This document shows, in pieces, positions 24,301 through 36,300 of a stretch of 64,000 nucleotides of DNA; position 1 is the stretch's first letter; each line of letters begins with the position of its first letter. The notes beneath the pieces were generated by a model. That model was not told where the DNA came from. It saw nothing but the letters and a program-made list of their open reading frames with translations, and ran no database searches. Position numbers and translations under genes: made by a program. The DNA comes from Nageia nagi (taxonomy: Eukaryota; Plantae; Pinophyta): NCBI GenBank assembly GCA_050084985.1, contig JBITNC010000001.1, forward strand, positions 24,924,001-24,988,000, read 5' to 3'.

Positions 24301-27300
24301 TTCTTCTAAGCCCAAAGATACTAAAAAGACACATCATAAAAGGCATACTCCTCATAGCAAGAAATTTGGAACAGTAGGAGGAGGAAATGGATATGACGAA
24401 GAAGGAGAGAGTGAGGAATAGAGGAAGAGAAGAAAAGCAATAAAGCATTAGGGAAAGTAAGGAAAAAAGATAATGTAGCAGCCCACAGCACAACAACAAC
24501 CAAAGCCTTCAATAGCACATCAAGGATAGTTGATGATCGTACCTTAGAAGAAAATTGAAGTGACATAGATCCCAGAGATAGAAATGCAGACTCCTGCAAT
24601 CCGAAGAGTCCCGACAAATGAGCAACGAGATTGGAATTTTGATATGAATGCTTATATGGCTAGAATGCAAGAATCCCACAAGGATGCGGTAGAGGGCGAT
24701 CAAGATATTGAGACTGAAGGAGAAGAAGGAGAGTATGGAATGGAATGTTTCCCCACCATGAGAGAGGATGGGATGATTATAGATAGACTCTTTTCAAAAA
24801 AGAAGTATCCCAAAGGTCCAGAGGACATGATTGTTAAGAACATGGGCATAAAAGCAAAAGTTGGTTGGCAAGGTTATAAGCATGTCCTTCACACTACAGC
24901 CTCTTCAATTGAGAACACAAGTTTGAAGAGAGAGCAAGAGCTCAAAGATTTCAAGAAGCAATTGATCCAAAAGAAGAACTGATAGATTCAATTCTCAAGA
25001 CCATTCATAAGCTTGGCACAGATTACTCATCTTTCTTGACCCATCAAGGGACAATAATAGCATTAAAGCCCAAAATCACAGGAAAATTGGAAAAAGCTAA
25101 CAAGAATTTTCGGATGGTTCAGAAAATGGAAAAAGAAGCATCACTATCTCTACAAGAAGGAAGGATGACTTATGCCACCCAATTTTACATCCATCATGAT
25201 TGGTTGCAAGGTACCTTGAGCAAGTATGAATATTTGGCTGAAATGAGAGCCTAGGTAGAGAAGGAAGTCAGGCAACGTATGCAAGGGTTCAAAATTGGGA
25301 TACAATTCATCCAAGAAAATGGATATGTTAGGAATGTGGATGAAATAGGCTTGGAGACTAAGAACCTACTAGATGAGCTCCTCTAACTCAAAGATGTGAA
25401 CTTGATCAAAACTGGAACAATAATTGATAATGATAGATCAATATATGCTTGGGAATATAAGATGACAGAAACCTGTAAATTGATCAAGGATTACTCTAGT
25501 AAAATGGACCTAACTGAGAAGATTCTACAAGCAGAGCTGCCAAACAAAGTTGCCTTCTTCAACTATGAACTACGACATATATGATGCCGAATGGAAGCAA
25601 TTGTTGAAGGATAACATTTAATTTCTATTGGTCACATGCATAATTTCATTGTTGATGTTGTTGTAAGACTTGGACCAAGAGAATAAGTTGAGCTCCCACA
25701 GATTCAAAGTCAATATGTTTTGTCTGTTTGGTAGTATTAAGCTATCAAAGGAATAATAATTAGAATTGGCCCTTCGGTTGTTTTCAAGGGCGTTTTGTTT
25801 GGTTAGTTCTGTCAAGCATTGTTGTCAGAATTTGACCCTTCAATTATTTTGAAAGGCATTTTTGATATTATGTCAAGTTGTCTTAGTTACTTTCAGTAAC
25901 TATTGGTTGTTGAATTAGGGCAACAATTTTCAGACTCAAATGTATAAGTACCCCTTGCGAGGTCACTTTTTATTCAAAATGGAATAGAGAGAAGCTTGCC
26001 CGAGAGCATTTGGCCTTTGGTGTTTGTTCTTAAGTTGGTGATTCTATATTGATGTTGTGATTACTATTCATTTAGTGGAGTTGTGGAATACTTTATCTGA
26101 TATCTTTAATGGTTGTTTATTCACTTGTGGGCATTTCTTTTGAAAACTTCGAGTTTTAGGGAAAGAAGAACGATTATGTTTTGAAGTGATTAAGTAACTA
26201 TCAGTTCCATACTTGCACGTTAAGTGTTGCATTTTGGGAAATATTTGCTTCTATGTCATTTATGTGGAATCTTGTATGTAGAACGGTGTCCAATGATTGA
26301 ATGGTGAACGTATCTCATGTTGTCCTTTACCAATGCTATGCTTCCTGCTCATTTAAAGTTGTAGTTCGGGCATTCTTGTTGTGTACCCCTTTAACTTGAT
26401 AGCTGCATGAAGATTCCAGCCAAACCCGGATCCTAGATCTTCCAAACCCTACAATATTGATGAATCGTCATCATTTGCATTGAGTCCTTTGTGTTTCTTC
26501 CATTCTCAATGTTTTCTTTCATTTATTTTCCTTTTTGTTAACAAACCCCTGCAACTTTCGTTGATGCGAACCCTAAATAGGTCTGAATAAACTTGTGAGT
26601 TAATATTCCTGTCACTTGCTTTACTAAGTTGATCAACCTACCATTTTATATCATCCAGAGGCACGATGGGTCTCTAGAAATTCTACTCCTCGATGTCACG
26701 AAGCTATAGAATTGTAGATGGTGAGTGTACAATTTCGCATGCATGGCGGAAAAGACGTTTACAGATCATCAGCTCCCTCAACTAGTTTATAGAGATTTGC
26801 ATGAGAACCGATATAGCATTAATCTTGTTGTTGCAGCATTGTCTTATCCTGGTTTGTGTTAGCAAAAATTGCATATGACTATGTATGTATTGCTTACCTT
26901 GAATAAAACATCTTCTGTTACCTCCACATCTTGTATTTTTTTTTTATATTGGTAAGAGGTGTTTTGAAAGGACCCCAAACCTTTACACAAATTAGATCTG
27001 TCACACCATGTGTGATATTTTTTGAAATATCCTAATGTTTTGTCCTTACAACAAGTGGGAGTTGAATCTAGGACTTCCCTAACAACAAATGGGAGATGAA
27101 CCTGGGACTTCCATTATACAAAGTGGGAGTTTCCATACCCAAAGTCCACCAACTCCCCTAACAAGTGGAGATGCCTCCACGTCTTGTATTACATCACAGT
27201 TTAACCCACATTATTCTCTTTCCTTCGAAAATTAACTTGATTGAATGTATTGTATTTATAATTGCATGTGTGTAATTACATAGCTGATGCATGTTCAGGC

Positions 27301-30300
27301 CCAAAGAGGTTGTCAGAAAGTCACAAGGAAAGATTGAAGGCAAAGAAGGGGATAATTGCAAATTGGAGCTTAGCTCTTCCACCACTTGGGAGGGTTGAAC
27401 GCACAAAGTAGTTATTATGCCATCACCAAAAGCAGTGGCTTTGGAGGGAAAAATGGGATTGTTTCTATAAGTTTTGGTACCACTAGATGTTGCATAGAAG
27501 GTTTGAGTAATAATCCCATCAACATAGAACAATATCATACATATACTTGGTTGATTTCATAGAATTATCAACAAAATTTGGTTTGCATACATCTAATGTG
27601 ATTTGAAGAAAACAGTGCCAGGTACTATATTTAAATGCTTCAGTACTCAAACTGGTAAGAAGAAACACAAATTTCTAAAACATGCATTTTCTAGGCTTAA
27701 AGATCATCAGTTCTGCCTATTGATATGTTTAGAGATAACTGTGCCTGGTACTGTATTTAAATACTTCAGCACTTAAATTAACAAGAAGAAAAAGATTTCT
27801 AGAACATGTGCATTTTCTTGGCCTAAAGACCATCAACTCTGCATCTTCATGTGTTTCGATAAAAAAAGGTTGTTTCCATTTTATCTACAAAGTGATATAG
27901 CACATCCATTTACCTAAATCCATCATCCCACATTATTGTAAAGACAATATTATTATTAGTATTTCACATGAAAACATATGTTAAGAAATATTTTGTACAA
28001 AAAGAATTTTAGGTAAATCTACAGCAAACCTTCCAAAGGAGATACTATACCTTGCAACAACAATGAAGAGCTGAATAAGCGATAAAATTGCAGTTAAGGT
28101 AGTGAACACATTGTATATTGATTAGCATCAACAATAAGTTGGAATATAGGCAATGCTCGTCATTACATGCATAAAGGATACAATTGAGAAAAAGATGAAA
28201 CCGACATGTGACCAGCTTTGTTGTTCAGTTGCAATATCCAAACCCATGTAAATAAACCTGCAAAGGTTTTACGAAGAAACCATTTAATACTAATACTCGT
28301 CACCGTGGAATATCAATTGAAAACGAAAAACCTGTTGTTTGTAACTAGTCACTATAAGTATTGTTTATAATCACAAAGAAACAAAGAAGAAAGGCTTTTG
28401 AGTACACAAATGTTTCTGCCAGAGAAGAAATTAGTTCAAAAAATCCAGCTGTCAAAGTTTGAGACTTTTCTGACAAATTTGAAAATGTATAATGCTTCAT
28501 GACCTGCATGTAAAAGATCAGCTCTTGAGAACAGGGGAATGTGTAAGCAAATACAATTGTGACCAACAGGAAAGTCATTAACTTCTTACAATTCCACAGA
28601 AAAGTATAGCAACAATTCCAGAGAGGCCAAAGCCTTCTGCCAACATGTACCTAGAAGAAAGTAGTAAATACAAGTTATTAATAGTGTGTTCGTCTGCTCT
28701 TGACAATATCAATCTTAAAAAGTCTGTTTGCACAATTGAAAGGCAAACAGCAAAAAGAAGTTAACTTACGATAAATAAGGGAAAAGCACAAATAGGCAGC
28801 ATTCCAAATTCTGAAGACTGCAAATCAAATCAATACAACGAGAAAACAGAAAAATTAAATTTGATATGGCATTTGATTGATATAATAAACAACTAAGAAT
28901 TGAAATTTGCTGGAGCATGAATAACTAGATGAGCAAAAGCAACAAGAAAATTAACAGATTGCTATAAATCTTCCACGAAATGAAGTCAGCTATAAAATAA
29001 CTTACTTGTCAACACCAAGTTCCGCATATTTGAACAAGTACACCAGAGTTAAGGTGTTCCAGAACAAAACTGCCTGAAGTATAACTATATGACAATTGAA
29101 ATGAATGGCATCAAATCTTAACTATAAAAGTACATAGGATTCAGTACAGGGTGCAGAGTTTACAATAGTCACAAGAAGCTAGTCAAGCCATGTATCTAAT
29201 GAAAAGAGTAAATAGAAACGCCATTATATAAGGCAACAAAATACTATGAATGCAGTCATATCGCTGAAAAACAAAGTTTCTTTGAAACAACACACTATTA
29301 AATAATCCAAACCTATATTTGAAGTAACCCTCTACAAGTAGTTTGAGAATCAATTGAAGAGCAAAAATATTCACAAATGGGAAATATGAATAATGGATGT
29401 GCTAAGAATAATTCCCAATAATCAATCAACCAAGACAGTTTCGCAAATCCCATAATAATACAATATTGAAATAAATGCCCTATACTAATGTAATAAAAAT
29501 GCCACAAGTACATGCCAATATGCAAGCCAATAATTATTAACAATCAAGAAGCTGAAATTTCAATGTTCAAGAATCCTAAAGACAATACAACCAAATCATA
29601 AAAATAAAAAAGAGGCCTTAGAAACATAGGCACACAAATATCATCAAGAAAATTACATGAGGAATAATAAACACCAGTCCATATTCGAATACAGATGTAT
29701 AGTCTACAAAATTATTGTTACTAACCTATAAAAAGTCAAACTCCAGTAAAGAGCAAAAAATAAGAATATAGTATATACTAGACAACATTACTCTTCAACA
29801 TTCTTCAATGTAGATTGTCACTAAGAATGAGAATAAACAGTCAATTCTAGAAAATTCCATGAGGAATAAGTAGGTTTGATAATTATTATGTGTGGAATAA
29901 TAATGTTGTCCCATATTGGAGGGCATATCCATTAGCCTACTAGTACTATTATTATTATTATTCTGTAAGAAGGTTAACCTCTACAGGAGAGTACATAATT
30001 AAAGTGGTTTACTAGATAATGTTACACTCCCAACATTCACCAGTGCAGATTGCATCTAAGATGAGAAAGATTGTAAAATATCAGTCAATTCTGATCATTC
30101 TAAAGGAGTAAAGGAAGGTTGTCTGGCCATAATTTAAGAACCATGAGGTCATGTCATAGTAGGAAAAATTGTCAATACTTGTGAGCCTTGCGTTGGGCGA
30201 CTCAAAATGAATAACCACCACTCAACAAGGCAAGTTTCTCGCATTTTGCAACAGGTGATGAATTGTACCAAAAACTTGCAAGTAATCATCAGGTACATGC

Positions 30301-33300
30301 ATTTGAGTCACAAACATCGGAAAAAAAAAAACATCAGAAAAAAAATCTTTATTTCTACTCTTAGAACTTAAAGGATAATACTAACAGCTATACGAGGTCA
30401 AAAATGTGGTCTTATAATTGTGTACTAGATTTTCTACCATATTTATCGGTAAGAAAATTTTTTGTTTAGTGTAAATAACTAAATAGTAATTGTCAAGAGG
30501 TTATTATTTAATTTATATGTTGAATGTAAGTTAGAAACAAAAAGAAGTTTCTTTCCCTTTTTAATTGCCAGCTATGATTTCTAATTCTTTCTTGTAGTTT
30601 ACAATATGCAGAAAAGGTTTTTGTTTAATTATTTTGCAAGATGACTGAAACAAAGAGATACCTTTGCTGGAAGCATTACAGAAATAGTGAAAACCTGGGC
30701 AATTCATTTGTATTGATGATGGTGATCTTACAAATGAAGGCATTAATAGAATGAAAAATCACCTTGCAAAAGTAGTTTGCCATGAAGTTGGACCTTGTGA
30801 GAAAGGGAGAAGGTGATGCGGCTAATCAATGCTTAATTAGAGGTCTTCTTGTAGAAGAAGTCAAAGAAGAGAAATATTGAAGTTATGGTAAGGCCTTATA
30901 CGACAGAAACTATGAAACCTTTGATTCCTTCATTTCTGAAAAATTTGGTGATGACAATGGTCTTCTAGCAAGCACCATTAGCCCTAGATTTAGACATCCC
31001 TTTTTTATATGCAGAAATGTTCTTAGTTCTCGACATACCTTTAAGGGTGTCGGATCATGGAACAAAGATAAGCATATAGAAGCAAAGAAGGCATGCACAC
31101 AAATTTTTGGTACTTCACCGATATCCTCTTCAATATTGCTAGGTCAACAATGCAACTTTTGTTTGTGGGTCTATATTCAAACAACCCACTTATCATAATT
31201 TGCGAGAGGCAATGCTTCAAGAAGTTGTCAACGACATGCAATTCATTATCAAAGAAGGCATGAGCAAATTTTTGGTATTTCACCAACATCCCATTCAATA
31301 TTGCAAGGTCACCATAATGGAAGCATATAGTCAATGTAAATTTTATTTGTGGGCCAATATTCAAACCACCCACTTATCATAAGTTGCGAGAGGCCATGCT
31401 TCAAGAAGTTGTCAACGACATTCAATTGATTATCAATGAATGTAAGAAAAAGTGGAAAACAAAAAAATTGGCATATAATGACATATGGATGGACTGATAG
31501 AAGGAATCAATCCCATCAACTTCCTTGATTCTTCTACAAGGTGTTTGGTATTTTTGAAGACAATTGATGCCTCCTCAAAGATTAAGAATGCATTAGGCCT
31601 TGCTAATATGACCAAGGAGGTCATCATTGAGGTAGGGCCAAAAATGTTGAACAAATAAGCAAAAACCATGTAGGTTCATGTGTGGTAGTGGAGAAAATGA
31701 TTGAGGAGAGGCATCCTACTATTTTTGAACTCCATGTGCTGCCCATTGTCTCGACCTCATGCTCAATGACCATGCAAAACTTGCTTGGATAAAATAGTTG
31801 GTGGAGAAGGCCAAAGATATACAATGAAAAATATTTGACCACACATTGGTCCTCATTTTGATACAAAATTCATCACGTTGCAATCTTGATACAAAATTCA
31901 ATGAAAAGAATGAGCATATTTGACTTAGGGTTACTCATTTTGATACACAATTCATCACGTTGCATATGAGTCAAAACATTCATTGAAAATAATGTTTGTT
32001 AGTAAGGAATAAAGATCTTCCAAATATGCACATTCACCTGAAGGCAACAACACAATCCAATGGTTGTTTCATGATGTCTTTTTGTAAGGCATTGAATGAA
32101 ATTATTTATCTAACCAGTTTAACTTTTGACTTTCATTTTCAAAAATTAGAGTTTCATGTTGTAGTTGTCAATTAACTTACTTTATTCCTCTTGCAATCTT
32201 TTAAGCCCTTGGTGAAAGTGCTTTGTATAGTTAACAAAGGAATTTTTGATGCAACATATATGGGCTACATTTACGAGGTAATGGATAAATCTAAAGATGC
32301 TATAGCTTTGTTCTACAAGTATATGGAAAGGAAGTACCATCCCCTTTTGGCACATTGTTGGCAGAAGATGGTTGAATCAGCTAGATAGGTTTTTGCATGC
32401 AATGGGGTACTACTTGAACCCCAAGTATTTTTACGATAAAAATTTTGTGGCATATGATAAGGTCCTAATCAGCTTGCATATAACCATTGATTGTATGTTT
32501 CCCATGGATGATGTCATGACCCCATTTTGAAAACCCTTTTCATAAAACATTTATGTTACAAAAGACATACTATCCATAAACTTAATTAATAATAGCTTAA
32601 GTTGCATTGTAATAATGGATGACGAATTAATTTTATTTCATGTTTCAGTATTGGTATTTACTGAATTGCATATTTATAATTTATTGTGTGTGGATATTGT
32701 TTTTCTTCTCTCATGTGGTTTCAAGTCATGCACTAATAGTGACATGATGCTACAAATATGGAAGGGAAATATTGCAGAAATGTAAACGAATATCGATTTG
32801 AACATGAAAATGACAACTAATCTAATGGAAATAATAGAGCATGCGCTGATAATAGAACATGAAATAGCAACAATAAGCAGATAAAGATAGGATTTTATTC
32901 AATAGTTACAGAATCATAGGCCGCTTTGAGGGGGCTACCTCCTTACAACTCCAAAAGTGAAAAAATAATGTTCAAGATCCATTTCTCCACACACTTCTAC
33001 CTATTTATAATATACTAACACTAACCCTAATAGTAACGCAAAATTGGGCCCTGCCCTTACAATCACAATATTACGGTTTACAATATAGACCGACAATTTA
33101 ATTAAAATAACTAATACTAACACTAAAATGTTAGGATATGGGATCCTAACATGCCACCCCTCTTGGGATGAAGCTTTGTCCTCAAAGCTTGAATTGTGGA
33201 AACTGTTGCTGCAGCTGATGATGTATTTCCCATGTTGCATCTTCAAGTAGCATGCCTTGCCATTGCACAAGGACTTCTGTGATGGTGCGATTACAAAGCT

Positions 33301-36300
33301 ACCATGAACGTTGATCCAGAACTACCTCAGGTATGACTACCATTGATCCATCCTCCGCCAACTCAAGTAATTGTGTCTGAACCCGAACCTTCGATCCAAC
33401 CACTTTCTTGAGATAGAAGATATGAAATACCGGGTGAATCTTGGAAGAAGCAGGAAGCTTCAATTTCTATGCAGCTCGGCCAATGCGCTCTAACAGCTCG
33501 TAGGGACCATAAAACTTTGGGTCCAATTTTTGAGGGCCTTTTATTTTTAAAGATTTCTGGTGATAAGGTTGCAACCTTAGACCATGTCATCTACCTGGAA
33601 CTCCCTTTCGACACGCTGCTAATCAGCCTGTTGCTTCATACGATGTTGGGCTATCTGAAGGTTATCCTTGAGCAAACGAAGAATATCATCTCGAGTAACT
33701 AATGCTGAGTCAACTGCTTGAACCTTACTGGTACCTGCAACATTTGAGGTGACTGTTGGTGGAACTTGACCATACACTGCTTCATAGGGGGTCATCTTGC
33801 TGGCAGAATGATAAGATGTATTATACCACCACTCGACGAAGGGAAGCCATCGTACCCAATGCACAAGTTGTGCTAAAGCAAAACAGTGTAAATATGTTTC
33901 CAAACATTTGTTGACAATTTCAATCTAACCATCAGTTTGCGGATAATATGCTAAGCTCATGTTTAGTTGGGTACCTCGCAGCTTGAAAAGTTCTTGCCAA
34001 AAATGGCTTGTAAAAGTGGGATCATGGTCACTGACAATCGTCTCTGGCATGCCATGTAGTTTAAAAATTGTATCCATGAATAATTGTGCCACTGTCACTA
34101 CCTTGTAGGGATGAGCCAATGAACCAAAATGAACATATTTGAATAACCGATCAACCACCACTAGAATAACTGATTTACCATTGGATTTAAGAAAGCCTTC
34201 AATGAAATCCATCGAGATATCGATCCATGTACGATTAGGTATGGGAAGAGGCTGAAGCAGTCTCGAAGTACCCACTGTCTCAACCTTTTGTCATTGACAC
34301 ATATCACAAGCTGCCACAAACTGCTTGATATCCAATTTATACCTGCCCAATAAACGACCGTGCAACTCGTTTATAAGTTTTCAGAAATCCGTCATGTCCT
34401 GATGTAGGTGTGGAATGCAATTTGGCAAGTATTTCTAATTTACATATTGAAGAAGATGATAACAAAATTCGACTTTTGAATCTCAAAATACCATCATGCC
34501 ATGTGGTGTGGTTTACTTGTGGGATCTTGAGTGATTTGTTTTAACAATTCTTGAATGGAGCTATCCTCTGCCCACTCCTATTTAACCTTATCCAACCATT
34601 GAGGGATAGGAGACGAAAGAGCTTGCAATGCTACCTAATCTTCAAATTTTCTGGGCAGAGCATCAGCAACCACATTCTCTTTACCTTTACGGTATACTAT
34701 CTCATAATCCTACCCCAATAGTTTGGTCACCCATTTTTGTTGCTTGGACGTAGAAATATGTTGCTCAATAAAAAACTTCAAACTGTGATGATCCGTGAGG
34801 ATGATGAAATGGCGGCCAATGAGATATGGTCTCCAGCATTGAACTACATGAATGATGGCAAGCATTTCTTTTTCATAGGTGGATTTACCTAAATTTTTAC
34901 CAAAGAGTGCTCTACTAGTGAACGCCAAGGGACACCCCTCCTGCATCAATACTGCACTGATTCCTACTCCACAAGCATCACTTTCTATCACAAAGGTTTT
35001 AGAAAAATCTGGGATTGCCAATACCGGGGTGGAACACATTGCATCCTTGAGCTTAAGAAAAGTTGCCTCAGCTTGAGGGGACCATTGGAATGCATTCTTT
35101 TTCAACAACATTGTTAGAGGTGCTGCAGTCTTACCATAATCTTTCACAAATTTCCTATAATAGCCTGTCAACCCCAAGAATCCTCGGAGACTTTTCAAAG
35201 ATGTAAGAACAAATCAGTTCTGCATGTCAGTAATCTTATGTGAATCCACCTTAACTCCCTCTTCGGATATAATATGGCCTAAGTAGTCAATTTCCCTCTT
35301 GCCGAATGAACATTTGGATTTTTTTGCATATAGCCGATGTTCCCTCAAAATTTGTAAGGTTTGGTCAACATGTACCACATGTTCCTGCCATGTGTTACTA
35401 TAGATCAATATATCATCAAAGAAAACTAAAATGAACTTCCTGAGGAATGGACGAAACACCTGATTCATTAAACTTTGAAATGTGGATGGAGCATTTGTGA
35501 GGCCAAAAAGCATGACCAAGAACTCATAATGGCCCTCATGGGTGCGACATGCAGTTTTTGGTATATCCTCCTAGTTGAAGCGGATTTGGTGATACCCAGA
35601 TCGTAGGTCCAACTTGGAAAAATATCTTGCCCCATGCAAGTCATCCATTAATTCATCAATGATCGGTATCGGAAATTTGTCCTTGATGGTAATTTTGTTG
35701 AGGGCCCTGAAATCCACACATACGCCATGAGCCATCTTTCTTACGAACCAATATAACTGGAGAAGAATATGGGCTTACACTATGTTGGATTACTCCTGCA
35801 TCCAACAATTCCTGAACCAATTTTTCAATTTCATTTTTTTGTAAACAAGAATACCGATAAGGACGAATGTTTGGTGGTTGACCTCCCAGCACCAACTGGA
35901 TAACATGATCAGATCGCTAGGGTGGTAAGCTCGTTGGTTCCTCAAAGGCAAATGCATGCTTTCCCATGACGGGCTGCAGGTCCTTAGGCTCTGTGACTTC
36001 AGATTCGGTGATTGCTAAAGAGGATAATTGTGCCAACATTCCCTTCCTAGTTTTCTATAGGATCTTCTCCATGCAATGGGAGCTCACGATTTGTGAAGGT
36101 CCAACCTGTAATCCTCTGAGAGCATGCTCTTGTTCAGCTATCTTGAAGGTTATCCATAGCTCTGCAAAATTCCACTGCACAATGCCCAAAGTCCTCAGCC
36201 ATTGCATGCCCAAAACTATATCACATCCCGCAAGTGGTAAAGCGTACATGTCGCTTTTCAAAGAATAGTAGCCCATGCTCAGTTTGACATTTTGACATGT

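Noticed and set aside
23593-24982. Ser-rich and acidic ORFs as independent host genes
   Set aside because: They are consecutive pieces of one frameshifted TE accessory ORF inside an NHX intron.
19272-26770. Target-site duplication for the 7.5 kb LTR-like unit
   Set aside because: Flanks TAACC and GATCA do not match convincingly, so they were not used as evidence.
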